Shown: piece after piece, positions 27,173 through 36,739 of the stretch
Layout of the letters: the number at the start of each line of letters is the position of its first letter
Position numbering within the stretch: the stretch's first letter is position 1
NCBI GenBank assembly: GCA_016290135.1
Contig: JAEESW010000002.1
Location: forward strand, 122,584 to 186,583
DNA length: 64,000 nt
Direction: 5' to 3'
Source: a bacterium
GTDB lineage: Bacteria > UBP6 > UBA1177
The notes under the pieces: model-generated
Database searches by the model: none
The model's input: the letters and a program-made list of their open reading frames with translations, nothing else
Told to the model about the DNA's origin: nothing
Translations under genes and position numbers: made by a program

Positions 27173-29353
27173 TTATATATCGAGTTTAAGCCCGATCCAT
27201 GGCGTGATGCCGGCAGTTCCGTATTCTACAGAATAGGCGTAGTCGTCGTTGTCGAGCATATTTTCGATTTTCGCGAATATTGTCACATAGTTGTTGATCC
27301 TGTATGAGATCGCGAAATTCAGTATGACAAAATCGTCTACAGTTACGATGTAGGGAGTTTTGGGATAGTTGTAGACCTCGTCCTTTCTTTCGCCGACATA
27401 GTCGACCTCAAGAGAAATATTCAGTTTTTTGTCATAGTTATAGTTGAGTATCGCATTGAACGAGTGTTCCGGTCTTCTCAAAGTAGGAGTTTTCGCCTTG
27501 TATTTCTTTCCTTTGTATTCGACCACTTTGTATTCCTGCATTTTGAAGATCCACGTGTATGAGCTGCGGAGACTGAGCCCCCAGAAAGGTTTTGTGTGGA
27601 GCGACACTTCGAGCCCGTGGTTCTCTATCCTGTATCTGTTTGAATATATTCCGCTTTTGTCGAGATCAATGTGGTTGTGCTTCTGTTCGTAGAAGTATCC
27701 TGCCTCAAGAAGGATCTTTCTGCCGGCAAAATACTGCTGCACAGCCCCGTCGAATCCGTATGCAGTCTCAGGTTTAAGTTCCTGGTAAAGGTTTGCGTAG
27801 CGGCTGAAGCGCTGAAAAAGAGTCGGTGTCTTGGCTCCTCTAGCGAATCTTGCCTTGAATCCGAGTTCTATTGGTGTCTCGTAGACCGCTCCGACCGAAA
27901 AAGTCGGCTCTATGTTCTTCTTCGTCTCGTTCGGGAGCGCAAGATCACTCTCTTTGTCGAGAAGGGAAAGCTGGTAAAAATTGTTCTGCAGGCGTCCGCC
28001 GATATTCAGTTCCAGTTTGTCCAGCGGTCTGAAGATGTTGAAAAGGTAGGCATCCAGGCTGATATCGGGATTGGGAACAAAATCCATGTTGAAGTATCTC
28101 CCTGCCGAATAATCCTCGTAATCCGCCGTTCCCCATTCAGTGCCGAGATCGACCCCTGTCACAAGTTCATACCACGCGGCCGGCACAACGCTGTTTTTCC
28201 AGTTCAAAGCGAAAGTCAGCGATCTGTAGCGGCTTTTCAAGTCTCCGGCCATTTTTCCTTTGTCAGCAGGGTCATCGTCTCTGAGAGAGCTCAAAAGAAG
28301 CGAGACATCAAACTTCAAGTTCCAGATTTTATTAAACAAATTCGATTCCGTCCCTGTTTTGAAAAGTAAAGATTCATTACGCAGCATCCTGTTAGGATCG
28401 TCCATACCGAGCCCGGGGCCGTCGTCGATATCCGCCTTGCCGATGTTGCCGCGGATTATCATTTCCCATGTATTTTCGCTGTCGATATCGACTCCGCCGC
28501 GGAAATAGACCGAACCTTTGATGACCGGATCGTTGTCGGGCCTCTTCGTATAGAGATTTTCCTTCACATCTTTGTATGAATCGGCCATCGATATACCCTT
28601 TGTGTAGAAGAAAGATCCGCCGCCCGAATAGTAAAAGCGTTTTTCGGAACCGCTCAAGTTCGCGCTCGCATTGACCGTGTCCGGAATGTAGCGGCTGTTG
28701 CTCATGTCGAGCACGGCTGTTGAGGCGGAAGCTGTGAATTTAGGTCTCCCGTGTCCCTTTTTTGTTCTGATGTCGAGCACTCCGGCAAGAGCGCCGCTAC
28801 CGTAAAGAACAGGCTGAGGTCCCTTAAAAAGTTCGATCTTCGCAATATTTTCCGGACTCATCGAAAGGTCTGCCGCGCCGTTTGGACTGAGAGGGTTCCG
28901 TATTTCGACGCCGTCTATCAGCACCAGGACATCCGCACTTCTGAAACCGCGGACGAAGAGGAACTGTGACTGCCCTGTCCTGCCGTCACCGTTGACATAG
29001 ACTCCCGGCATCTCCTTCACGGCATCTCCGGTCGTTATAGACTGTTTTTCCTCTATCTCTTTTGAATTGACAGAACTCTGTGCAGCCGTGCCGTCGCTTG
29101 ACGATTTTTTCTTACGCGAACCTTTCACCACGATCCTGTTGTCGTCGCTCTTCGCAGCCTTTTTCACCGTTTCCCCTTCCTGAGGCAAAGAGGCATCCTG
29201 CGGTGAATCCGTGTCTGAGAGCGGAGCCTGGTCTTCCTGCACAGACGACTCATTCTGAAGAGATGTTTCATTAAAAGCATCTGCATTCCGGGCAGAAAGT
29301 GCGCCGGTCAAAGCAGCGGAAATGAAAAGCACAAAAAATAAGAAAGACAACAT
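27173..29353 (-). CDS. TonB-dependent outer-membrane receptor (BtuB-like)
   Basis: Signal peptide, plug domain (VYVNGDGRTGQSQFLFVRGF), 22-strand-barrel-length C-terminus. Immediately downstream of a cobalamin riboswitch. Confidence 0.8.
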   Translation of the reverse strand: MLSFLFFVLFISAALTGALSARNADAFNETSLQNESSVQEDQAPLSDTDSPQDASLPQEGETVKKAAKSDDNRIVVKGSRKKKSSSDGTAAQSSVNSKEIEEKQSITTGDAVKEMPGVYVNGDGRTGQSQFLFVRGFRSADVLVLIDGVEIRNPLSPNGAADLSMSPENIAKIELFKGPQPVLYGSGALAGVLDIRTKKGHGRPKFTASASTAVLDMSNSRYIPDTVNASANLSGSEKRFYYSGGGSFFYTKGISMADSYKDVKENLYTKRPDNDPVIKGSVYFRGGVDIDSENTWEMIIRGNIGKADIDDGPGLGMDDPNRMLRNESLLFKTGTESNLFNKIWNLKFDVSLLLSSLRDDDPADKGKMAGDLKSRYRSLTFALNWKNSVVPAAWYELVTGVDLGTEWGTADYEDYSAGRYFNMDFVPNPDISLDAYLFNIFRPLDKLELNIGGRLQNNFYQLSLLDKESDLALPNETKKNIEPTFSVGAVYETPIELGFKARFARGAKTPTLFQRFSRYANLYQELKPETAYGFDGAVQQYFAGRKILLEAGYFYEQKHNHIDLDKSGIYSNRYRIENHGLEVSLHTKPFWGLSLRSSYTWIFKMQEYKVVEYKGKKYKAKTPTLRRPEHSFNAILNYNYDKKLNISLEVDYVGERKDEVYNYPKTPYIVTVDDFVILNFAISYRINNYVTIFAKIENMLDNDDYAYSVEYGTAGITPWIGLKLDI

Positions 29354-29356
29354 TCC

Positions 29357-29500
29357 CTCCTCGGGGAGTTAATCCGGCCCGAAAACTGCGTATCCGGCTG
29401 AGTCAAAGCCTCACGGTTGCGGGACAGCATCGGATTTTCACCGATTTCCGCAGGATCCGGAGATGCCAACTTAGGCATTGGGTAAAGAAAGTCAATAATT
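29357..29500 (-). ncRNA. Cobalamin (B12) riboswitch in the 5' leader of the TonB-dependent receptor gene
   Basis: Minus-strand read GCGGAAATCGGTGAAAATCCGATGCTGTCCCGCAACCGTGAGG matches the conserved GGTGAAAaTCC...GNCCCGCAACNGT core. The 3' end abuts the GAGGAGGG RBS of the receptor gene. Confidence 0.6.
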
Positions 29501-29592
29501 TGCTCAAATTAGATTTGACTGGACGCATCAAATGGGTATTATCCGCCGTTGCTTTTGTGGAACTGATTTCCTGTTTTTTTTGAAAGGTTTCG

Positions 29593-30666
29593 ATGAAAAA
29601 CAAAGTTTATATTGCTGAGATCACAACGATCCTTCCCCATCTTTTCACATCTTCCGAAGTTATAGAGATCCTTTATCCGAAAGATATCGACAACGGCCGT
29701 CCCCATCGGTTTGCAAGGCGTTCGGTCGGCGCCGTAGGGATAACCTACCGTCCGACGATACTTTCAAGAGAGGCTTTCCCGGACAGAGCGCTGGCTACTC
29801 CAGAATACCATCCGCTGGAATGGGGAAAACGCGCGGTGAAAGAACTTCTGAAAAGTGAAAGGATCGCGAAAGAAGATGTCGGTTTTCTTTCGATAGCATA
29901 CAACATCCGCTGTGACAAAGATGTTCTGCCCAGTCTTTCGAGCAAGATAGCCGCGGAATCAGGGCTCGAACTTGACTATCCTCCTCAGGAAATGGCTTAT
30001 CTGGGCTGTGCGGCTGGTCTTTTTTCACTTGAATCTTCGGTAAAATACTGCCGTGAGCACAACAAAGCAGCGATAACATTTCTTTTCGACCAGTGTTCGT
30101 GGATCGCAAATCCGACTTACGATATAGACGATCCCGAATTCAAGGAAAATCTTAAGACCACTCTCCTTTTTGCGGATGGTGCTGCCGGGATCCTGCTGAT
30201 CCCTGAATCAATGAGAGAAAACTTTGATCTTCCTTTGATGGAAGTCGATGAGATCATCACCGATTTTGTTGCAGGCGGCTCGCTTTCGATGCACGAAGGC
30301 AAACTCGTTCTCGAAGACAACCTCAAAGACACGGTCCCCGAAATAGTCCGCGACCGCATAATCAGGCCTTTGGGCGTAACACCGTCCAATATCGACGAAT
30401 GGTCGCTACACCAGGGCGGCATGCCGATCCTGATGCGTTTTACCGAACCTGAGATCCTGGGTTTGAATGAAGAGCAGATAAATCCGTCGAAATCGGTCTT
30501 TGAAAAATACGGGAATTTCAGTTCGCCAAGCGTGATGTTCGTTCTCGAGACTTGGTTCAAAGATGCAGAACGCCCGCTGAAAGACGAAAAGACGAGAGGC
30601 TGCGCGATCTCTTTCGGAGCCGGCTACTTCATGGGCGGAATGACTTATCACTGGTCGAAGAAATAA
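29593..30666 (+). CDS. Thiolase-fold condensing enzyme, type III polyketide synthase / FabH-like
   Basis: Cys-His-Asn triad spacing (C~139 in LGCAAG, H~276 in HQGGMPIL, N~309 in GNFSSPS). The HxGG and GNxSS contexts resemble chalcone/stilbene-synthase-family enzymes. Confidence 0.5.
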   Translation: MKNKVYIAEITTILPHLFTSSEVIEILYPKDIDNGRPHRFARRSVGAVGITYRPTILSREAFPDRALATPEYHPLEWGKRAVKELLKSERIAKEDVGFLSIAYNIRCDKDVLPSLSSKIAAESGLELDYPPQEMAYLGCAAGLFSLESSVKYCREHNKAAITFLFDQCSWIANPTYDIDDPEFKENLKTTLLFADGAAGILLIPESMRENFDLPLMEVDEIITDFVAGGSLSMHEGKLVLEDNLKDTVPEIVRDRIIRPLGVTPSNIDEWSLHQGGMPILMRFTEPEILGLNEEQINPSKSVFEKYGNFSSPSVMFVLETWFKDAERPLKDEKTRGCAISFGAGYFMGGMTYHWSKK

Positions 30667-31388
30667 TGCGCATAAACCGTTTCCTCGCACTTTGCAAAGT
30701 TGCCTCGAGAAGAAAATCGGAAGAACTCGTCACTGCGGGAAAGATCAAGATAAACGGGCGTGTCGCCGTTCTCGCTGACGATGTCGATCCCGAAAAGGAT
30801 ACTGTCGAATACAACGGAAAAGAGTTGCACCTGCCGCAGAGTTACGATTACTTTCTTCTGAACAAGCCCGCAGGTGTCATCTCGGCTGCAAGCGACGACA
30901 GAGGGAGGAAAGTGGTCACGGACTTTCTTCCTGCCGGGTCACATGCCGTGCCTGTCGGGCGTCTTGATTTTGACACGACAGGCGTTCTTCTCCTTACAAA
31001 TGACGGCGAACTCGCATACCGCCTGACACATCCTTCTTTCGGAGTGCGCAAGATCTACCGGGCGAAAGTTCTGGGCGATCTGACACAGGAAAAAGCTGAA
31101 ATGATAAAGTCCGGGATCGAGACTGAAGGCGGATTCATGCAGGCGGAAGCGGTTTCGATAACTTCGCGCCACGGAAGGATATCCCAGGTCACGATCTCTC
31201 TGCACGAAGGAAAGAAGCGCGAAGTCAAAGAACTCATCAAAGCGGTCGGATGCCGTGTTCTGGAACTTGAAAGGTTCGCTTTCGGAAGCATCACCTGCCG
31301 GGGCTTGAAACCGGGAGAGATCAGAAGACTGACTGAAGAAGAAGTCCAATATCTATATAAATTGACCGGAATCTCAGAAAAAAACTGA
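30666..31388 (+). CDS. Rsu-family rRNA pseudouridine synthase (RsuA/RluB-like) with S4 domain
   Basis: Start set at MRINRFLA; its ATG overlaps the TAA of the upstream gene (TAATG). Catalytic motif VGRLDFDTTGVLLLTNDG. Confidence 0.7.
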   Translation: MRINRFLALCKVASRRKSEELVTAGKIKINGRVAVLADDVDPEKDTVEYNGKELHLPQSYDYFLLNKPAGVISAASDDRGRKVVTDFLPAGSHAVPVGRLDFDTTGVLLLTNDGELAYRLTHPSFGVRKIYRAKVLGDLTQEKAEMIKSGIETEGGFMQAEAVSITSRHGRISQVTISLHEGKKREVKELIKAVGCRVLELERFAFGSITCRGLKPGEIRRLTEEEVQYLYKLTGISEKN

Positions 31389-31412
31389 TCTCGATATATC
31401 AAGATAACGATA

Positions 31413-32453
31413 TTATTTGATCTTCTTTGCGGCTCTCTGCTTTATGACGTTTGAAACGTTTCGGCTTTTAGCGATGTTTTTAAGGTCGTTCATCCTTATC
31501 GTTTCAAGGAGCATGAGAGCAGTTTTCATGGGTGTTTTCGGGTTGTTTACGAGGGCGAGTTTGACGGCATAGCTTTTGCTGAGCGACTTGTTGGAAGCAA
31601 TGTAGCTTATCGCATCAAGCGATGATGACGGATCTCCGGCAATAGAAGCGACTTCCTTGTCGGTGATCCTTGCGTTTCCCAAGACCGCCATGACTATCTG
31701 TTTGCGCGGATCTTTGATGAGGATCTTCCTCACTTCAAGATTTCCGAGCATCGCGACCTTTATCTTCTGACCGACATTCATATCGCGCAGTGCTTCCGAA
31801 ATCGTCTTGCGCTGGTCGAGCATGTCATCGGCACTAAGACCTTCAAAAGCGGTCTCTGAAGTCAGGAAATCGGGAAAATCAAAGATCGTGTCTTCAAGTT
31901 CAACGACCTCCTCCTCTTCCTCCTCTTCTGCGGCTTCAGTCTCCACAGGCTTTTCAGGCTGTTCGGGACGGGCAGTCTGACGCTCATCGGAAAAATATGA
32001 AAGCTGTTCTTCGTAAAGAGATTCAATAACTTCGCTGATCGCCGAAAACAACTGCTTGAATTCAGTCATCTGCGGAAGCGTAAACTCTACGAAATCTTTA
32101 TGTGTTACAAGAGTCCTCCAAAAGACAGCATCGTTTGTGGCAAGAAAATCGAGGATCCACTGCCGCTGCAGCTTTCCTGTCGGAAGGAGCGCGATTATGA
32201 GAGAAGAATCCTTTCTTTCGCCTGCAAGTTTCGTCAGAGTTTTGACAGAGTTTTCGGGTATCTCCGGAGAGATCGTCCTTTTTATCTCGTTCGACTGCGT
32301 AAAGCGGAGTTTGTCGAGCGCCGCTTTTTGAACAGCTTCGTCATCATCTCCGCAGAAAAAAACAAGAGCTTTCTGATATTCGACAGCCGTTAAAGGAAGA
32401 AGCCCGTTGATTACCGCCAGTTTTTGCGGGGCGTTTACCGCTTGTCTCCACAT
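31413..32453 (-). CDS. Hypothetical protein with central poly-Glu stretch
   Basis: No signal peptide. EAAEEEEEEEVVELED acidic tract. No recognised domain. Confidence 0.3.
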   Translation of the reverse strand: MWRQAVNAPQKLAVINGLLPLTAVEYQKALVFFCGDDDEAVQKAALDKLRFTQSNEIKRTISPEIPENSVKTLTKLAGERKDSSLIIALLPTGKLQRQWILDFLATNDAVFWRTLVTHKDFVEFTLPQMTEFKQLFSAISEVIESLYEEQLSYFSDERQTARPEQPEKPVETEAAEEEEEEEVVELEDTIFDFPDFLTSETAFEGLSADDMLDQRKTISEALRDMNVGQKIKVAMLGNLEVRKILIKDPRKQIVMAVLGNARITDKEVASIAGDPSSSLDAISYIASNKSLSKSYAVKLALVNNPKTPMKTALMLLETIRMNDLKNIAKSRNVSNVIKQRAAKKIK

Positions 32454-32471
32454 GAAAAAGCCTCCTTACGA

Positions 32472-34259
32472 TTACAGGTCGACTCTGAGGACATTGGATG
32501 TTTGTCCTGTCGCTCCGAAGTTCGTGGAACTGCCTCCGCCGCTCCCCGGGGTCCCTTTGGCGCATTTCATCGAATTGGAACCGTAAAGCGTACTGTCGGA
32601 AGAGTAGACAACGCATATTGTCGGACCGCCGCCGCCGCCGCCGCCGTCTCCGCCTATGCCGCCAAGACCGCCGTTACCGCCGTAACCGCCGCAACCGCCG
32701 TTGCCTTGTTCGCTTTTACCGCTGTACTGCCCTGCGCTGCCGCCTAAGCCGTAAGTTCCGCCGTTTCCTCCGGTCCCTCCTTTTCCTCCTTTTCCCCCTT
32801 TACCGGTTTCAAAAGAGGGTGATTCCAATATGATATTGGAGGAAGAGATAAGTAAAAGCGGAATGCTTGCACCGCCGCCGGTCCCTCCTTTTCCTCCTTT
32901 TCCGCCGCAGCCGCCTGCACCGCCGCCGCCGCCGCTGCTGCCGTAGCTGTTGCACCAGTCAGTGCCGCCTTTTCCGCCGCCACCGCCGCCGCCGCCCTGG
33001 CCGTTTTCTCCGTCAGCTCCGTCGCCTCCGTCGGACCTTATGTATCCTGCAGCCGAGAATATTCCGTAGCTCTTTCCTCCTTCACCGTCGCCACCGTTTC
33101 CTCCGTTCGCGCCGTTTTTACCGTTGGCTTCTATAGATGAATAAGGAGAACATTCTCCGTTTGTATCAGATACATATTTGACTGATCCGCCGGCTCCGCC
33201 GTTTGTCGATGACCCGACACCGTTTTGCCCGGGATCGCCGTTGTTACTATTTTTTCCTGCATTTCCGCCTTTACCGCCGTTTGCTCCGCATGTCGAAGTG
33301 CCGCCGGCAGCCCCCGAAGGTATAGGGTCACAATGATGCACGCAAAATAAAGCTGTGGATTCTTCGCACCCCTGGATACCATTTCCGCCGTTACCGCCGT
33401 TTGCTCCGTTTTCTCCGTTATCGCCGTCAATGCCGTCAGAACCGTCTGCAGTGACTATCTCTATATGGCTGAGGGTAATATCCTTGCACTTGTTCAGTAT
33501 CAGTCCGACCGAACTTCCTGAGGGATTGGGGTCGCCCGTCGCCGCTATCTTGATCTTCGAAAGAGTGATCCTCTGAAGAGAATTGAGTTTCCATCCCGAT
33601 GCCGGAGCGTGTATGACAGGAAGTTCCTCGCTTTCCGCCCAGATCCCGTTGTTGTTGCTGTAACCGCCGTAGATCGAGACACCGCTTTTCAGCGTAGGCA
33701 CATTGTCGAAAACGCCCCATGCGATAACTATCAGATTCCTTTCAAGCGCATTCGAAAGCTGGATCGCCTTGTCTATCGTCTTTACCGGAGCAGTCATCGT
33801 GCCGTTGTTGGAATCGTCGCCGTTGTATTTGTCCACATATACAGCTGTGCCGAGATCGGGTTCCAGATCCGGGATCTCCTCCCAGTCTTCATCGTCTTCC
33901 ATGTCGCCGTCGCTATCGGAAGTATCACCGTCGCCGTCCGGTGCAGTATCGGGGTCGTCATCTCCTGCCGGATCGGTATCGTCTGTCTGAGAATCAGTAT
34001 CTCTGTCGGTAGTATCTGTGTCGGTATCTGCATCATCCTTTTCCGTATCGCCGTCGTCACGGTCTTCTGTGTCGCCGTCGCTTTCTTCCGTATCTGCATC
34101 AGTCGTTTCTTCATCTTTGTCCGATACAGGCTCTTTATCGTCGTCGGATTGTCCCGAACTTCCTTCATCGTCGGGATAGTCGTAGATATCGCTGTTGCCG
34201 CCGCTGCACGCGACCAAAATGGCGAATATGAAAATCGCGAGAATTTTCATCGTTTTCAT
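32472..34259 (-). CDS. Lipoprotein with Asp/Thr-rich N-terminal region and long glycine-rich (GGxGG) low-complexity repeats
   Basis: Lipobox ILVACSGG. DTD/TDT acidic repeats. Repeated GGNGGNG / GGKGGKGG / G8-9 tracts. Confidence 0.4.
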   Translation of the reverse strand: MKTMKILAIFIFAILVACSGGNSDIYDYPDDEGSSGQSDDDKEPVSDKDEETTDADTEESDGDTEDRDDGDTEKDDADTDTDTTDRDTDSQTDDTDPAGDDDPDTAPDGDGDTSDSDGDMEDDEDWEEIPDLEPDLGTAVYVDKYNGDDSNNGTMTAPVKTIDKAIQLSNALERNLIVIAWGVFDNVPTLKSGVSIYGGYSNNNGIWAESEELPVIHAPASGWKLNSLQRITLSKIKIAATGDPNPSGSSVGLILNKCKDITLSHIEIVTADGSDGIDGDNGENGANGGNGGNGIQGCEESTALFCVHHCDPIPSGAAGGTSTCGANGGKGGNAGKNSNNGDPGQNGVGSSTNGGAGGSVKYVSDTNGECSPYSSIEANGKNGANGGNGGDGEGGKSYGIFSAAGYIRSDGGDGADGENGQGGGGGGGGKGGTDWCNSYGSSGGGGGAGGCGGKGGKGGTGGGASIPLLLISSSNIILESPSFETGKGGKGGKGGTGGNGGTYGLGGSAGQYSGKSEQGNGGCGGYGGNGGLGGIGGDGGGGGGGPTICVVYSSDSTLYGSNSMKCAKGTPGSGGGSSTNFGATGQTSNVLRVDL

Positions 34260-34270
34260 TTATATCTCCG

Positions 34271-36649
34271 TTAAAAAACTGTTATCGAACATCCTTTGCT
34301 TTTCTTTGCAGGTTTGTTTTCGTCAGTATCCTCAGTTTCTTCGGCATTAGTTTCATCTTCAGGCACGAAATCGTCGTCGGAAACCACGTCGTCGTCATCA
34401 AAAACCACGTCGCCGGATTCAGGTTCTTCCTCTTCATTTTCATAATAATAGACAGGCAGCTGCACAGTGCCTGAAGCACCTGTCAAAGTTGTGTATCTGA
34501 GATATAAATCAGACAGCCCCGGACCGCCGTAGTAATCTGCAAAACTGCTCCCGGAAGCAAAATCGTACGGTTCGGAATGAGTATGGTACTTAGCCTGCCA
34601 GATGAGAGAGAGAAACTTGTCCGCATTCAGGACTTTAGCGCTTGCCGGAATACCTTCTGAAATAACAGTGGTGTATTCGACTTCCGGAACAGGAACTTCG
34701 CCTTCTGTGATCTGCGAGATCGTCACATAATCGGTGAATTTCGTGAAATTCCTGTTGTAAAAGGCATCGAAAGCACTTCCGGCAGGAATTTTTCCCTTTA
34801 CGATTATGATAACTTTCGATTGGTCGGCTGAAGCGGCAGCATCGACTATCTTGAAGTTTTCGTTGTCAAGCTGATAGCCGTACTGCGTAACGGGCATGAC
34901 GAAACGCAGCGTCACATCCTCTTCTGTCGGCAGATAGTTTACGATTTCGGCGGTTACTTTTATTGCCGTGCCGTCGCCTCCTGCAAAAATCGACTCTTTG
35001 TTTTCAGAGCCGTGCTGCCAAGAATAGCTGACCCATAAGTTGCCTGCCGGGACTGACTGCATTCCGCGGTTGCTCTTGTTGATCCCGCAGTTTTCGTATC
35101 TTTCACAGGAGTAGTTGTATGAAACCTCGTCATCCGACATCTCGACTCTTCTGAAACCCCAGTAGTCGCCGCTTCCGCTCGTCGCCATTGTTGTCGTCAT
35201 GATGAATTCCATTTTTTCCGGCGCAATGACTCCGGTGTTCGGAATAAGTTCGTCGCCTTTTTCGAAGGTGAAGACTTTGTCGTGGTGAGTGTGACCGGAG
35301 AAATATATCGGCGGAATTTCCTTCTGTGCAATGAATGAAGTGAGCGAAACACCGTTGTTCGATGTCTGTGTTTCATTGAATACCCCGTCGAATACGTCGC
35401 TGTCCCATGCCGACGAGTCGAAGTTCCATTCCTGATCGTCGATTACGCTTACGATGCCGTAGATCTTAGAGAACGATCTGTTCGCATGGTATTTTCCCGT
35501 CCCGTCCTGACCGAGCGGCGTCATGTGACCGAAAACAGCCGCGACATCGTAGTCTTCAAGAATTGTCTGAGCCCAGTTCAGGGTCTTTTCAGCAAGATAA
35601 CCACCCCAGTTCGCCACAGGAGAAGCAGCTGTGTCACCGATTCCGATCTGGTTGCTTGCACGTCTCTGAGGAGTTCCGTCGTATGTGTTGAGCAGAAGGT
35701 AGGTCCTGTTTCTGAAGTTGAATGCGTTGTTCATCGGCCCCAGAAACTTTGCCCAATATTCAAGACCGTCCGATTCGAGAGGCGAGGTCAGATCATCAAC
35801 TTTTGTAAACTGAGCGTATCCGTCGTGGTTGCCGGGGATCGAGAACATCGGAATTTCAAGTTTTGTCATCATGTCGTAAAAGTCGGAGTATTCCTGCTGG
35901 TAGTTTATTCCGTAGGCGATGTCACCGAGCATGATCGAAAAGTTTGTGTCCGCCGAATTCAAATGTGAAAACGTCGCTTTTATGATCCCGAACTGCTGGT
36001 CGTAGTTGAGCAGCGAGTTTTTGGCATAGAACGGATAATTTTCCGGGTTGAAATTCATGTCGTCTGTCTTTTTGCTTAGAAGATCCTCGATCTGAGGGTC
36101 TGCAACGATGAGGAATTTCGCCGGGTCGCTTTCTTCGTAATGAGGAAAGAAAAGGGCGTTTCGAGAGATCATCTCTTCGCCGTCCGTCATTTTTAAAGCG
36201 ATATCGTATTTGGCTTCCGGAAGCAGAATATTGGTGCACACAGAGAGTTTGACAATGTTTTCGCCGATTTTTTCAAGATAGTTAAAATTGGGATTACTGT
36301 AATCAAAACTGTAGCGGGAAATATTAAGGAATTCTGTTCTTCCGCTGTCGTCAAGGCGGATTATTTTCACATATTCGAAAGGCTGGTTTCCATTGTATCT
36401 GAAAATGACTGAAAAGCACGGTTCATCCGGTGTTACTATTGCCGGAAAGCCGATTACTGGATACAGTATTCCGTTTATCGCGGGGTCGAGAATCGCTTTC
36501 GTCTGCATCTGGAACTGATAGTCTTCAAAAACATTAGAATTCTGCGGAAACCGGTTTATCGAAACCATTGATTCTTTAGGCTCTTCGGCGATCAGCGTTG
36601 AACCGAGCAAAAATAAAAGGAAAAAAAGAGCGGTTTTTAATTTTTGCAT
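34271..36649 (-). CDS. Secreted calcineurin-like metallophosphoesterase, large paralog A, ending ...KSKGCSITVF
   Basis: Start at MQKLKTALFF (GGAGGA upstream), signal peptide. Phosphoesterase motifs GDIAYG and GNHDG. C-terminal acidic linker plus GC tail. Confidence 0.55.
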   Translation of the reverse strand: MQKLKTALFFLLFLLGSTLIAEEPKESMVSINRFPQNSNVFEDYQFQMQTKAILDPAINGILYPVIGFPAIVTPDEPCFSVIFRYNGNQPFEYVKIIRLDDSGRTEFLNISRYSFDYSNPNFNYLEKIGENIVKLSVCTNILLPEAKYDIALKMTDGEEMISRNALFFPHYEESDPAKFLIVADPQIEDLLSKKTDDMNFNPENYPFYAKNSLLNYDQQFGIIKATFSHLNSADTNFSIMLGDIAYGINYQQEYSDFYDMMTKLEIPMFSIPGNHDGYAQFTKVDDLTSPLESDGLEYWAKFLGPMNNAFNFRNRTYLLLNTYDGTPQRRASNQIGIGDTAASPVANWGGYLAEKTLNWAQTILEDYDVAAVFGHMTPLGQDGTGKYHANRSFSKIYGIVSVIDDQEWNFDSSAWDSDVFDGVFNETQTSNNGVSLTSFIAQKEIPPIYFSGHTHHDKVFTFEKGDELIPNTGVIAPEKMEFIMTTTMATSGSGDYWGFRRVEMSDDEVSYNYSCERYENCGINKSNRGMQSVPAGNLWVSYSWQHGSENKESIFAGGDGTAIKVTAEIVNYLPTEEDVTLRFVMPVTQYGYQLDNENFKIVDAAASADQSKVIIIVKGKIPAGSAFDAFYNRNFTKFTDYVTISQITEGEVPVPEVEYTTVISEGIPASAKVLNADKFLSLIWQAKYHTHSEPYDFASGSSFADYYGGPGLSDLYLRYTTLTGASGTVQLPVYYYENEEEEPESGDVVFDDDDVVSDDDFVPEDETNAEETEDTDENKPAKKSKGCSITVF

Positions 36650-36739
36650 AGTTTCCTCCAAACAAAAGACCGCTTATTTTAATGGAAAAATAAATATAGT
36701 CAATTGTTGGGGTGTTGCGTGTGTCCAGATTTTTTTTGA

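Noticed and set aside
29403-29603. 66-aa minus-strand ORF
   Set aside because: It lies inside the cobalamin riboswitch leader. The conserved RNA motifs explain the conservation better than a peptide does.
32498-33136. Arg-rich ORFs (111 aa, 89 aa) and Ala-rich ORF opposite or within the Gly-rich lipoprotein gene
   Set aside because: They are alternate frames of a GGN/GCC-rich repeat. They are poly-Arg or poly-Ala artefacts without start signals.
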